In this document: piece by piece, positions 1-9,421 of the stretch | Layout: each line of letters opens with the position of its first letter | How positions within the stretch are numbered: the first letter of the stretch is position 1 | Virus record (IMG/VR): IMGVR_UViG_3300026521_000003 | Coordinates: 62,001 to 126,000 of that record | DNA length: 64,000 nt | Reading direction: 5' to 3' (one strand) | Translations under genes and position numbers: made by a program | The notes under the pieces: generated by a model | Database searches by the model: none | Told to the model about the DNA's origin: nothing | Seen by the model: the letters and a program-made list of their open reading frames with translations, nothing else

Positions 1-190
1 TTAATGTATTAAAGCTATTTTTAATTAAATATAATTTTCGATAAAATGGCAGATCCCATAATATATGATGGAATTCATAAATATCCTGATCACTACCTAA
101 TAATTTTAAAAATAATTCAGGTTTACTCGTTTTTAAAACTTGCATTATTATTTCAAATTGACTTATAGCGGGAATTTCTTGAAGTTTCAT
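1..190 (-). CDS. Hypothetical protein, runs off the window edge (MKLQEIPAISQFEIIMQVLKTSKPELFLKLL...)
   Basis: Not in the ORF track. ATG at 190-188 overlaps the TGA of the upstream ORF (ATGA coupling), and the frame stays open to position 1. Confidence 0.6.
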   Translation of the reverse strand, partial: MKLQEIPAISQFEIIMQVLKTSKPELFLKLLGSDQDIYEFHHILWDLPFYRKLYLIKNSFNTL

Positions 191-522
191 GAAAAAATCA
201 CTTTACCAGTTATACTTTTATTACTGATATTATTAATATTTCTCCATCGTTTGAGTTTTTCAAATTCATTAGGTATAACATTAACAATAGTTTCCATAAC
301 CCTTGTCGATGTACCAAACATAGCTTTCTCCTTTTTTGGATTCGCTCTAGGTATTTTTGACATATTGAGATCATTTAATCCTATTTTTTGTCGCATTAAA
401 TCATATGATCTAACAGATTCAAAATAATTAAGGATTGACTGCGCATATAATAATTCTTTCTTTAAATATTTAATCCTTTGCTGATACCATATCCATTGTT
501 TTATTCTTTTAATATCAACCAT
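187..522 (-). CDS. Hypothetical protein (111 aa)
   Basis: Part of a tightly packed minus-strand run of small genes; no recognisable motif. Confidence 0.6.
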   Translation of the reverse strand: MVDIKRIKQWIWYQQRIKYLKKELLYAQSILNYFESVRSYDLMRQKIGLNDLNMSKIPRANPKKEKAMFGTSTRVMETIVNVIPNEFEKLKRWRNINNISNKSITGKVIFS

Positions 523-794
523 TTTTTAAACCCACCCCTTTTTTTAAGCTTATTAATCCTTGCAGACTCTATTTCATCTCTATAAATACCTTGAAATTCA
601 GCCATAGCATATATAATCTCAATAACATCAGCATACTCTTCAATATCATTAAAAGCTGTTTCGGAAAGCTCTTCTAATTCTTCATATATTTTATCTTTCA
701 AAAAAATAAATTTTTCTGAAATATCTTCAGCAATATATAGTCGATTAGTATCGATAATAGATTCGTATTTATCTCTAATTAATTTACTCATCAT
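501..794 (-). CDS. MazG-like / phosphoribosyl-ATP pyrophosphohydrolase-like nucleoside triphosphate pyrophosphohydrolase
   Basis: KLIRDK N-terminus, acidic EELEEL and EEYADVIEII helices (ExxE...ExxD), and C-terminal R..K...RGGF are typical of this small all-alpha NTP-PPase family. Confidence 0.8.
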   Translation of the reverse strand: MMSKLIRDKYESIIDTNRLYIAEDISEKFIFLKDKIYEELEELSETAFNDIEEYADVIEIIYAMAEFQGIYRDEIESARINKLKKRGGFKKWLILKE

Positions 795-984
795 TCACCC
801 TTATAAATTTTTGTTGAAATTCTTCAATAGTCCTAATATATGGATTATGAGTTTTCACAAACATTTCAATATAACCACCTGCTGGAACCCATATATTATC
901 AACTTAAATCGAACAAAAAAATTGAGGCTTATACTTTTTTTTATTTTTATAATGCATATAAGGTATGTTTAGTTCTATATTCAA
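784..984 (-). pseudogene. DUF1653-like small gene interrupted by one in-frame TAA
   Basis: TTG at 984-982 behind GGGGAG. Reads MNIELNIPYMHYKNKKKYKPQFFCSI*VDNIWVPAGGYIEMFVKTHNPYIRTIEEFQQKFIRVNDE*, with the internal TAA at 906-904. It exactly fills the gap and overlaps both neighbours. Confidence 0.55.
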
Positions 985-1238
985 AGTTGCTCCCCTGTCA
1001 TATCAGCAACATATATAAGTAGATTTAACGTAGATTTACCACTTATAGGATTTACATCAGTAGAAATTTTTAATGTATCAACAATATCAATTGCTAACCA
1101 TTTATTTTTCTTATCTTTCTCAGATAATGTATTTCGTACTTCCGAACTAATAACTTGTTCTAAATCATCTAACATATCTATATCTATTGATACGTTTATA
1201 GCTTTCCATTTTCTATTTTTCCTATACATAGTCACCAT
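981..1238 (-). CDS. Hypothetical protein (85 aa), possible ribbon-helix-helix N-terminus
   Basis: AGGGT RBS. KAINVSIDIDMLDDLEQVI weakly resembles an RHH strand-helix. Confidence 0.55.
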   Translation of the reverse strand: MVTMYRKNRKWKAINVSIDIDMLDDLEQVISSEVRNTLSEKDKKNKWLAIDIVDTLKISTDVNPISGKSTLNLLIYVADMTGEQL

Positions 1239-1247
1239 ACTATAACC

Positions 1248-1478
1248 CTATTCTTGAATTAATAGATGATCAATTTGTATTTTTAAATCTTCCATCTTTT
1301 TCATAGTTAATTCTTTAGTTTTAGAATCCCATACACCCCATAAATGCGACGGTGATGATTTGACTATCCGATCTGATGTTTTAAATACATACTTATAAAC
1401 TCTTTCTTCTGGTTTAAATTCAATATCTAATATTGGTAGGGTCTTAAAGATTCTACCATCATCTAATTTAGTAATCAT
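1248..1478 (-). CDS. Small stand-alone Hint/intein-like fragment (76 aa)
   Basis: VYKYVFKTSDRIVKSSPSHLWGVWD...TMKKMEDLKIQIDHLL resembles intein block B and the following LkvGD strand. There is no block A Cys/Ser and no C-terminal His-Asn. Confidence 0.45.
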   Translation of the reverse strand: MITKLDDGRIFKTLPILDIEFKPEERVYKYVFKTSDRIVKSSPSHLWGVWDSKTKELTMKKMEDLKIQIDHLLIQE

Positions 1479-1903
1479 AATACACTTTCAATGAATGAAG
1501 GACAATCAATACTTATTTTTTTATATAAATCATCGTGTATATTTAAAATATCATTCATTTTCTTAATAATGTCATCCGACACATATAAAAAATATTTTTC
1601 AGCATCATCACGAGTTTTAAAAAATTTAATACCTTTTGAATTTGCTTCCCATCTAGATAATTTAGTTCCATCTTTCATTATAAGTGTTAAACGTGTTATA
1701 GAATCATCACCATGCCAATATCTTCGATCGCCTATTTCGATAGAAACTTCTTGAGGTTCAATATAATCAACATCCACATGTTGTTTTTCATCACCTGCAT
1801 ATTTCTCGATTCTTATCCCAGAAACCCAAAACCGCTTATTCTCTTTTTTCATAGCTGAACGCAAAACAGTTTTTGGAGAAACTTGTGTGATTACTCTTGA
1901 CAT
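1475..1903 (-). CDS. Hypothetical protein (142 aa)
   Basis: Overlaps the next gene by 4 nt; no motif recognised. Confidence 0.65.
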   Translation of the reverse strand: MSRVITQVSPKTVLRSAMKKENKRFWVSGIRIEKYAGDEKQHVDVDYIEPQEVSIEIGDRRYWHGDDSITRLTLIMKDGTKLSRWEANSKGIKFFKTRDDAEKYFLYVSDDIIKKMNDILNIHDDLYKKISIDCPSFIESVL

Positions 1904-1905
1904 TA

Positions 1906-2115
1906 TTAATTACCGTTATTATAATCATATAATTTTTTTGCACCATAAGCTAAAGCCACAGAAATACCACCATCAAATATCCCTGCTATTAGCATAGCTG
2001 CTCCACCTGCACCAAGCCAATAAGTTTCTTCTTGTTTTAATGCACTTTTAAAATCAATTTTTGAACTTTTTGATTTATTTTTCATTCTTTCATACGCATT
2101 TGTTCGTTTTTTCAT
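1906..2115 (-). CDS. Small membrane protein (69 aa)
   Basis: Basic N-terminus followed by the hydrophobic Gly/Ala-rich segment WLGAGGAAMLIAGIFDGGISVALAYGA. Confidence 0.6.
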   Translation of the reverse strand: MKKRTNAYERMKNKSKSSKIDFKSALKQEETYWLGAGGAAMLIAGIFDGGISVALAYGAKKLYDYNNGN

Positions 2116-2172
2116 ATTTAGACCTTTTTGAAATTATTTCTAAATTATATATTGATTTATCTTAGAATAATC

Positions 2173-2358
2173 TTAATTCTTCCAACCAGATATTTTTGAT
2201 TTACCATCCAAAACATTAATAACATCTTCGACCTTCTGTGCTATTTTTATAATATCTCTTTTTTCAATCACTTTCTTTGATAATGTTCTGTCGACTAACT
2301 TAGATGTAAATTCAATCCATGCTTCTAATTGTTTTTTTAATATCTCTTCCTGATTCAT
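2173..2358 (-). CDS. Hypothetical protein (61 aa)
   Basis: GAGG RBS upstream; first gene of the small-gene run. Confidence 0.55.
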   Translation of the reverse strand: MNQEEILKKQLEAWIEFTSKLVDRTLSKKVIEKRDIIKIAQKVEDVINVLDGKSKISGWKN

Positions 2359-2565
2359 TTATCGATACCTCTTAAAATTTTTCCTAAGATCACATTTATT
2401 TTAAACATTTCATTTCGGAGATATTCTTTATTTTGAACAATATTAATTTGGGAAAAGTCAATAGATTTTAAGTTTTGTAAGATTTTTTGGAGGTTAATTT
2501 TTATATTCTGTTGGTCCATATAAAATAATCCCTTTTTTTAGAGATTATTTTACATTTTTTTATTT

Positions 2566-4836
2566 TTAGTAACCTTGAATTACATATCTTATTTGTTCAG
2601 CATCGCCACTAGCTAACGAAATTTTTACAGTATTAACATCAATAACTTCCGTTACTACTAGATCGAATCTCCATACCGATTCAGATGCATCATATACTTG
2701 TACTGAAACATCAACAAATTCAGTATTTAAATTATGAGCGACAGTATAAGTGTCTGCCGCATCTTCTTCTGCTACTTCACCTTTAACATAACGATTTTCA
2801 ATATCATTGATTTTAGTATTTACTAAAGATGCAATATTATCAAGTGTATTCTTTAGTGTATCGGCATTTAATTCGATTGTTGGATTAACTATATTTGTAT
2901 CAGATTCTGTATATCCATCATACCCAACATAATTTGTACCATTACCAGAAGTTGTAGCAATCAAATTATCATAATTTGTTTTAATAGCACTATCTAAAAT
3001 ATTATCCGAATCATACAATGAAGTAGCTGATGTTATATATGTTGCATTGGAATTTGATGTATAAGTATCATCCGATATTCCTGCAGCGATATTAATATTG
3101 TCAATTCTTGTAGATAAAGCGTCGTCATTGTTAAATCTAGTAGTACTTTCATCATCAATAGCAGTCTGTAAATTTGTTTCTGCAGTAGTTGCTCTTGTTA
3201 CTTCACTATTTAAATTAGCATCAACTTCATTAATAGCATTTACTAATGTATCTTGTGCATCAGTTGTTAGATCTGATAAATCACCTATTTTACCATCAAC
3301 TTGAGATTCGATATTAGTAACTCGTATATCGATAGACGATATTGAATCCTCATTAGTTTTAATTGAGGTATCTAATAATACTGTAGCATTATGTACACTT
3401 GTTGCTGATGAAATATAATTTGTCAACGCTTCAACAACATACGTACCATCATCATTTAAACCTGCACCAGTTTCAACTCTATCAATTTCCGATTGTATTG
3501 CTGAATCAGCATTAATTCGGTTGGATACTTCACCATCTATATTAGAATCAACTTCATTAATAGCATTTACTAATGTATCTTGTGCATCAGTTGTTAGATC
3601 TGATAAATCACCTATTTTACTATCGATTTGAGTTTCTAAGTCCGTAATACGAGAATCTAATGATGCATCTGCATCACTTCTTGTTGTGGCTTCAGTATCA
3701 ATATTAGACTGCAAATTATCATCAGCATTAGTTCTATTTGTAATTTCTGTTGATAGATCCGATGATATAGTGTCTATGTCTGCACGTAATATATTATCAG
3801 CGGTATCAACATAATCCTCAGTTGCTACTTTTTTAAGGCTACCATCTGATTGAATTTCAACTTGATCAAGAGTTTCATTCCATTGTAATATTGTTGTTAA
3901 TCCTTCATTTCCTCTATCAACTTCAATACCTGCATTTTCAGTTGGATCCACATCACCAATACCATCATTTAATGTTATAATGTTATCAGCAACTTTTAAT
4001 GTTTCTGTTTCAATAGTGGTAGTTGTTCCACTTACTGTAAGATCACCCTGTATTATTAAATTATTAGAAAATGTTGTTTCTGCTGTTACAACTTGGGAGT
4101 CTGAAGATGTTTTATTTAAATAATTAGTTGATAAATCATCTACTATGTTTGAAATAGCAGTTGTATTAATATCTGTATTTGCATCTACTTCATTAATTGC
4201 AGCAACTAAGTTGGTCGTATCATCGGTAGTAAGTGCCGATATATCGCCTTCTACTGATGTTGCTCTAGACATTTCCGTATTAATACTTGCTGTATTAATA
4301 TCTGTATTTGCATCTACTTCATTAATTGCAGTAACTAAATTTGTTTTATCAGTTGTAGTTAATGTCGCTAAATCACCTTCTACTGATATTGCTCTAGATA
4401 TTTCAGTATTAATACTTGCTGTATTAATATCTGTATTTGCATCTACTTCATTAATTGCAGTAACTAAGTTGGTCGTATCATCCGTAGTAAGTGCTGATAT
4501 ATCCCCTTCTGTTGCTGTTGCTCTAGATATTTCAGAATCAATATTTGTTTGTAATGTTGTATCTGCAGAAGTTCTATCTACTATTTCTTGTTCTATAGCT
4601 TCAGTATTTGCTTCTACATCAGCACTATTATCGATACCGATAGGTTTAATTTCAACGTTTGTTCCATCAGCATCTAAAAAACCACCTTTAAATGTTTTAT
4701 CCGTATTATTAAACCATAAACGACCAACAGATTCAACACCATTTAATGTTGGATCTGATGTTAAACTTTCAAGTACTAAATTTGAAAATTTACTATTTTT
4801 AGCTAGTTCAGGATTATGTAATTTTATTTTAGCCAT
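2566..4836 (-). CDS. Tail fibre/whisker-like virion protein with internal LTT..NLVxAINEV repeats (756 aa)
   Basis: GGAG RBS. GRLWFN head, GDLTVSG..DNIITLN..NAGIEVDRG segment, five AINEVD repeats and a HNLNT C-terminal module. Paralogue of 53304-54626. Confidence 0.7.
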   Translation of the reverse strand: MAKIKLHNPELAKNSKFSNLVLESLTSDPTLNGVESVGRLWFNNTDKTFKGGFLDADGTNVEIKPIGIDNSADVEANTEAIEQEIVDRTSADTTLQTNIDSEISRATATEGDISALTTDDTTNLVTAINEVDANTDINTASINTEISRAISVEGDLATLTTTDKTNLVTAINEVDANTDINTASINTEMSRATSVEGDISALTTDDTTNLVAAINEVDANTDINTTAISNIVDDLSTNYLNKTSSDSQVVTAETTFSNNLIIQGDLTVSGTTTTIETETLKVADNIITLNDGIGDVDPTENAGIEVDRGNEGLTTILQWNETLDQVEIQSDGSLKKVATEDYVDTADNILRADIDTISSDLSTEITNRTNADDNLQSNIDTEATTRSDADASLDSRITDLETQIDSKIGDLSDLTTDAQDTLVNAINEVDSNIDGEVSNRINADSAIQSEIDRVETGAGLNDDGTYVVEALTNYISSATSVHNATVLLDTSIKTNEDSISSIDIRVTNIESQVDGKIGDLSDLTTDAQDTLVNAINEVDANLNSEVTRATTAETNLQTAIDDESTTRFNNDDALSTRIDNINIAAGISDDTYTSNSNATYITSATSLYDSDNILDSAIKTNYDNLIATTSGNGTNYVGYDGYTESDTNIVNPTIELNADTLKNTLDNIASLVNTKINDIENRYVKGEVAEEDAADTYTVAHNLNTEFVDVSVQVYDASESVWRFDLVVTEVIDVNTVKISLASGDAEQIRYVIQGY
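3220..3620. repeat. 74-bp identical direct repeat pair (3220-3293 and 3547-3620) within the fibre gene
   Basis: Both copies encode KIGDLSDLTTDAQDTLVNAINEVD; offset 327 bp, in frame. Confidence 0.9.
4162..4536. repeat. Three tandem 129-bp (43-aa) repeats within the fibre gene
   Basis: tgtattaatatctgtatttgcatctacttcattaattgcag recurs at 4162, 4291 and 4420. Confidence 0.9.
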
Positions 4837-4864
4837 TTTTAAATTTCTCCATTATAATTTATTA

Positions 4865-5311
4865 TTATTTATTAAGATGAAGAAATTTATCAATATTATA
4901 ATTTAATACTTCTACTGGTGTCATTTCCATTTTTATAGATTCAATCACATTATCATTACTATCAACAATAAAAAAAGCTGGAGTACCTTTTATATCATAA
5001 TTTGATGATAAATAGTCAAACATAGAAATATTTTTATTCCATACGTCCGAAATATCTTTATTCCAATCAATTTCAATATTATTTAAAGGTTGCCCAGATA
5101 ATAATTGATAGTATGCATTTAATGGATTTTTTGATTTAAATATTACTTGTATTGCTAATTCATCCATAGGACTAAATGGCGCCAATAGCAACTTACGAGT
5201 TAATGGAATTTTATCACAATCATTATTTTTTTGTAATTCTCTACAAACCGAACAATTCGGATTAGTTACAACTAATAATGACAAATCGGTTTTTTTATCT
5301 ATTATAATCAT
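4865..5311 (-). CDS. Thioredoxin-fold oxidoreductase (DsbC/DsbG-like pattern, no signal peptide)
   Basis: VVTNPNCSVC (CxxC) and IKGTPAFFIVD (cis-Pro loop). Start moved to ATG 5311 behind a GGGG RBS. Directly downstream of nrdA. Confidence 0.7.
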   Translation of the reverse strand: MIIIDKKTDLSLLVVTNPNCSVCRELQKNNDCDKIPLTRKLLLAPFSPMDELAIQVIFKSKNPLNAYYQLLSGQPLNNIEIDWNKDISDVWNKNISMFDYLSSNYDIKGTPAFFIVDSNDNVIESIKMEMTPVEVLNYNIDKFLHLNK

Positions 5312-5369
5312 AGTTATTCCCCCTATACTTTTCAATTATTTATAATTTCTATATAGGGAAATAGATATT

Positions 5370-7766
5370 TTATCCACTACAACTAATACATTCTTCTTTT
5401 TCAGAAACATCAGATGAATTTTTTTGGACACTTCTAATATAATAAACCGTTTTCATATCACGTTCCCACGCATACATTAATGTTTCATACATATATTTGG
5501 CATTTACTTCTGGTAAATTTAAATTAAATATCAATTCCATAGATATTCCCGTATCTGTCCATTTTTGTATTATAGAGATTATACGTACTACGTCTTTTTG
5601 TGGGATATTTTTAAATTCTTGATAAAACCACATTTTATCCTTAATAAATGGGGGCATTATTGGTACTGCACCTTTAGAATTTTTATCAACATAAAATTTA
5701 CTAAAAATTGGCAATACCGATGCCGAACACCCTTGCACCAACGATGAACTTGTATTTGGAGCAATCATATGTAGATGTGAATTTCTTATACCGTATTTCT
5801 CAAGTCTATCAAAAGTGTTCATCCATCTTTCTGGATTATCTGTATTTTCTTTATACCATTGTCTATCTCTACCTAAAATTAATCCTTTAGACCACTCCGA
5901 ACCATCATATTTTGGATATTTTCCTCTTTCTTTAGCTAAATTGATCGATGCATTAATAGTATAGTAAGCTATGTTCTCAAATAGTTTATCAACAACTTCA
6001 TCAGATTTAGTATATGCAATATTGCGTTTAGCTAAATAATCAGCTAATCCCATAGAACCAACACCAATAGTTCTATATACATTATTATGAATTTCACCTT
6101 CTTTAATAGGAACATCAGTAAAATCTATAGCATTATCCAATAATCTTACTGCTGTTTCACAAGCACTATGTAAATCAGCTTCATCTTCTATATTAGCAAG
6201 ATTAATACTATTCAAATTACAAGTATGTACTAACCCAGCTTCAGTTTCTCTTATAATTTTAAATTTACCATTTTCTTCTTCAATTTTATTCTCAATTACC
6301 TTAGATGGTCTAAAATTTGAATACGATTCTTGACATAAATTACCATTACCAATCATTCCATCATGTTTATTTGGATTAGCTCTATTCATAGCATCTTTAA
6401 AAGTTAAATAAGGCATACCCGTTTCAACTTGAGTCTTCATTATAGTTTTAAATAATTCTCTTGCTTTTGTACGTCTAACTAATTTTAATACTTTATATTC
6501 ATCCTCTCTTCCAGAAATTAAGCCTCTATAAGTAGTATCAAACTCCTCATCATATAATTCAGTTAAATCAATATTAGCCTCTTGACCAATTTTTAAAATC
6601 ATCTTTTCAATCTTTCTATAAACTTTTTCAAACGATTCACCCCAAGATTCTGCTAAATCAACATTAAGTTTTTTCTTAATTTCATAAGGATCAACCATAA
6701 ACCAATCTTGGTTCTTTTTATTTCTACGCATAAATTCATCAGGGATAACAACTTGTGGAAAAATATCAAATGCTTTTGTTCGTTGATCACCATTTTCCGT
6801 TTGAAGTTCTAAAAAATCCTCAATATCCATATGCCATATATCCAATGCAACAGTACAAGCCCCAGCTCTTTTCCCTTGTTGATTAACGGCTACAACAGTA
6901 TCATTAACATTTCTAATCCAAGGTACAACACCACCAGATGCATTTGGCATTTGTCCAATCCATGAACCTTTACAACGAATTCTGGAAACGTTTAAACCAA
7001 CTCCTCCACCATTCTTAGATATTTCAGCAATTTGATCGATAACATAATAAATGCTATCTCTTGAATCATCCATTGCTGCAATAAAACAACTCGATAAATT
7101 ACCGAATGGTTTTCTTAAATTCATAAGCATAGGTGTAGCCAGAGATAATTTTCGTTGTGCTAATTTTTCATACGTATCTTTAATTCTATCTAACCTTAAT
7201 TCTTTTGGTTGGTTTTTTTCAATTAATAATGCAGCAGTTAAAAATGCTTCTTGAGGTAATTCCCATGGTTTAGATCCCCGTGTTAATAAATATCTGTTTA
7301 TCATTAAATTTGCACCAGCATAATCAAATGACATATCATAATTAACATTAAGAAATTTACCAATAATTTTAATCTCCGATTCATCATAATAATCTAATAT
7401 TGATGACTCATACAAATTCTCTTTTATAGATTGTTTAATATGTTTTAAATAACTATCATATCCGAATGTTTCATAACCTTTTTCAAACTTCACATCTTTA
7501 TATAGATCCATAAGTTTTAGTCTTGCTGCTAAAATTCTCCAATCTGGTTCATCAATAGAAGTTAGTTGTAACGCAGTATCAATCAAATTTTCCTGTATTT
7601 CTTTAGTCGTCATATTGTTACGAAATCTCATATGGATATTCGATTCTAATTCAATAGGATTCACATTTAACCCATCAGCAGCCCATTCAATAACCTGTCT
7701 TATTTTTGTTATATCTAATGGGGTAATATCTCCATTTCTCTTTACTATTTTATAATGTTTAGCCAT
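5370..7766 (-). CDS. nrdA: Ribonucleotide reductase class I alpha subunit with N-terminal ATP cone
   Basis: IVKRNG ATP cone, LATPMLMN, LSSCF, GGGVG, NLCQE (thiyl Cys), CNLNSINL, APNTSSS, KTVYY and C-terminal CxxC. Confidence 0.97.
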   Translation of the reverse strand: MAKHYKIVKRNGDITPLDITKIRQVIEWAADGLNVNPIELESNIHMRFRNNMTTKEIQENLIDTALQLTSIDEPDWRILAARLKLMDLYKDVKFEKGYETFGYDSYLKHIKQSIKENLYESSILDYYDESEIKIIGKFLNVNYDMSFDYAGANLMINRYLLTRGSKPWELPQEAFLTAALLIEKNQPKELRLDRIKDTYEKLAQRKLSLATPMLMNLRKPFGNLSSCFIAAMDDSRDSIYYVIDQIAEISKNGGGVGLNVSRIRCKGSWIGQMPNASGGVVPWIRNVNDTVVAVNQQGKRAGACTVALDIWHMDIEDFLELQTENGDQRTKAFDIFPQVVIPDEFMRRNKKNQDWFMVDPYEIKKKLNVDLAESWGESFEKVYRKIEKMILKIGQEANIDLTELYDEEFDTTYRGLISGREDEYKVLKLVRRTKARELFKTIMKTQVETGMPYLTFKDAMNRANPNKHDGMIGNGNLCQESYSNFRPSKVIENKIEEENGKFKIIRETEAGLVHTCNLNSINLANIEDEADLHSACETAVRLLDNAIDFTDVPIKEGEIHNNVYRTIGVGSMGLADYLAKRNIAYTKSDEVVDKLFENIAYYTINASINLAKERGKYPKYDGSEWSKGLILGRDRQWYKENTDNPERWMNTFDRLEKYGIRNSHLHMIAPNTSSSLVQGCSASVLPIFSKFYVDKNSKGAVPIMPPFIKDKMWFYQEFKNIPQKDVVRIISIIQKWTDTGISMELIFNLNLPEVNAKYMYETLMYAWERDMKTVYYIRSVQKNSSDVSEKEECISCSG

Positions 7767-7929
7767 TCTTGAAATCCCTTTTAAACTTGTTATTTGTATA
7801 ATATATTGGATATATTTATAGTGTTAGTTTATACTAATTTATGAAAATTTTACAATATTTTTTTCTTTTTTAATTTATCATATTTTAGGGAATAAATAAA
7901 GAAAATATAATAAAAAAAGGATTACTTAT

Positions 7930-9396
7930 ATGGCTTATGATAGTTCTGGATTTGCAGGCGACATACACACAGCAGTAGGAAAATCTGATGTAGTAATGAT
8001 GCATTATGAATTAAAAATCGGTACTATTGACAATAAGGGTGATTTAACATTACTAGCCGATACTTATTCTTATAAAAAGGGCACGTCATTATCTGAAATA
8101 AAATGGGGGTTTGTTAATTCCGGTTCATTTGGCGATAAAACTGATGCGAATATAACATTTACTCTACATGATATTGCAGGTGAAACATTTCAAAATTTTA
8201 TGAAATTGCAAACGGGATCATATTGGATTTATTTTAAAGGTCCTGATTCAACAGGTGCTCTTTGGTCTGGTGATGCTGCGATTTACGTACCTGATAGAGA
8301 AGGTTGTTCTGTTGAATTTTCACCAACTCAAGGTTTCACATACACTTTTACAGGTAAACCTATGTTGATGCATGCTAGATCTGAATACGTTACAAATACT
8401 GAAGAAATAGAAGTTAATGGGTGGACTGAACCAGGTACAAATTTTATGCAATTTTTATCAGAACTTGAAACTGAATGGAATACTGCAGCAAAAAATCATA
8501 ATAAGTGTAATGCAAAAACAATCAAACTTAATTTTGGTAATCCAACAAATAAATTATGGTTGACTCCAATACACAGAACTGAAAAAACAGAAGAAAATGT
8601 AAGAACTATTGAACCATATAAGATTGGTGCAGGTAAAACTATATCTGATGCTATTATAGATTTTTTTAACATTATATTCTTAAATGAAAAAGGCGTAAAA
8701 AATGATAAGCCTACCATTGAAGTGAATTTTGAAAAAACTGAAGGTGATATTATTCATATCGATGTTAAAATTTGGGGCTTAGAAGATGAAAAAAGTGTAA
8801 TTAGCACAGATAAAATTTGTATTGGAACAGATGATAACTGTAACGGCTCTAGATTTAGAGGACAACTAGTTGGTATGGATTTTAAACCTCTTTTATCATT
8901 ATTAGCAACTCAAGTAATCGATAAAGAACTTGAAAATACAGGAACTGGAAAAGGTGCTGCTGAAACAACCGGACAATGTTTACCAGAAAAAAATACACCT
9001 ATTGAAGGACAAACACATACTCAAGTAACTGGAGCTAATAATCCTCATGAGTTTGCAGCTGATGGATCATGGGCAGGTATAGATACTCTTTTAAATAAAC
9101 TAAAATTTCCAAAGTTTGTAATTGAAGTTGAATTGCCATATTCATATGGTTTTACACCTATAATTCACGGAGGATTATTAAAAGATGCTATTGAGGGATC
9201 AACTGGAGGGGGAATACATATTATGCAAGGAACACAACTTGATTTCTTCTGGTATACTTCCCCAGATTGCAATAAATTAGAGCTAGTAAAAGGGATTTCA
9301 AATAAATATCGTATTTCAACAGTAACACATACAATAGGTTTAAATGGTAATTCAACTCAAATTAAATTATCACACTTATATTTTGCAAATCAGTAG
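7930..9396 (+). CDS. Putative baseplate hub protein (gp27/gpD-like)
   Basis: C-terminal KYRISTVTHTIGLNGNSTQIKL matches the hub-protein terminal strand pattern. Directly upstream of the gp5-like gene. Confidence 0.45.
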   Translation: MAYDSSGFAGDIHTAVGKSDVVMMHYELKIGTIDNKGDLTLLADTYSYKKGTSLSEIKWGFVNSGSFGDKTDANITFTLHDIAGETFQNFMKLQTGSYWIYFKGPDSTGALWSGDAAIYVPDREGCSVEFSPTQGFTYTFTGKPMLMHARSEYVTNTEEIEVNGWTEPGTNFMQFLSELETEWNTAAKNHNKCNAKTIKLNFGNPTNKLWLTPIHRTEKTEENVRTIEPYKIGAGKTISDAIIDFFNIIFLNEKGVKNDKPTIEVNFEKTEGDIIHIDVKIWGLEDEKSVISTDKICIGTDDNCNGSRFRGQLVGMDFKPLLSLLATQVIDKELENTGTGKGAAETTGQCLPEKNTPIEGQTHTQVTGANNPHEFAADGSWAGIDTLLNKLKFPKFVIEVELPYSYGFTPIIHGGLLKDAIEGSTGGGIHIMQGTQLDFFWYTSPDCNKLELVKGISNKYRISTVTHTIGLNGNSTQIKLSHLYFANQ

Positions 9397-9421
9397 AATT
9401 TTATAATAAATGGAGAAATAA

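Noticed and set aside
3220-4536. Near-identical repeats in a fibre gene as DGR template and variable repeats
   Set aside because: The copies are identical or differ at non-adenine positions, all lie in frame inside the ORF, and no reverse transcriptase is present in the window.
4145-4906. 253-aa plus-strand ORF, and similar antisense ORFs (3098-3304, 13614-13868, 36184-36711, 41151-41459, 44022-44501, 53860-54153)
   Set aside because: These are shadow frames opposite well-supported genes. They stay open because of codon bias and repeats, and have no RBS or protein-like motifs.
5370-7766. Intein or intron in nrdA
   Set aside because: Length and motif order are continuous and normal; no insertion is evident.
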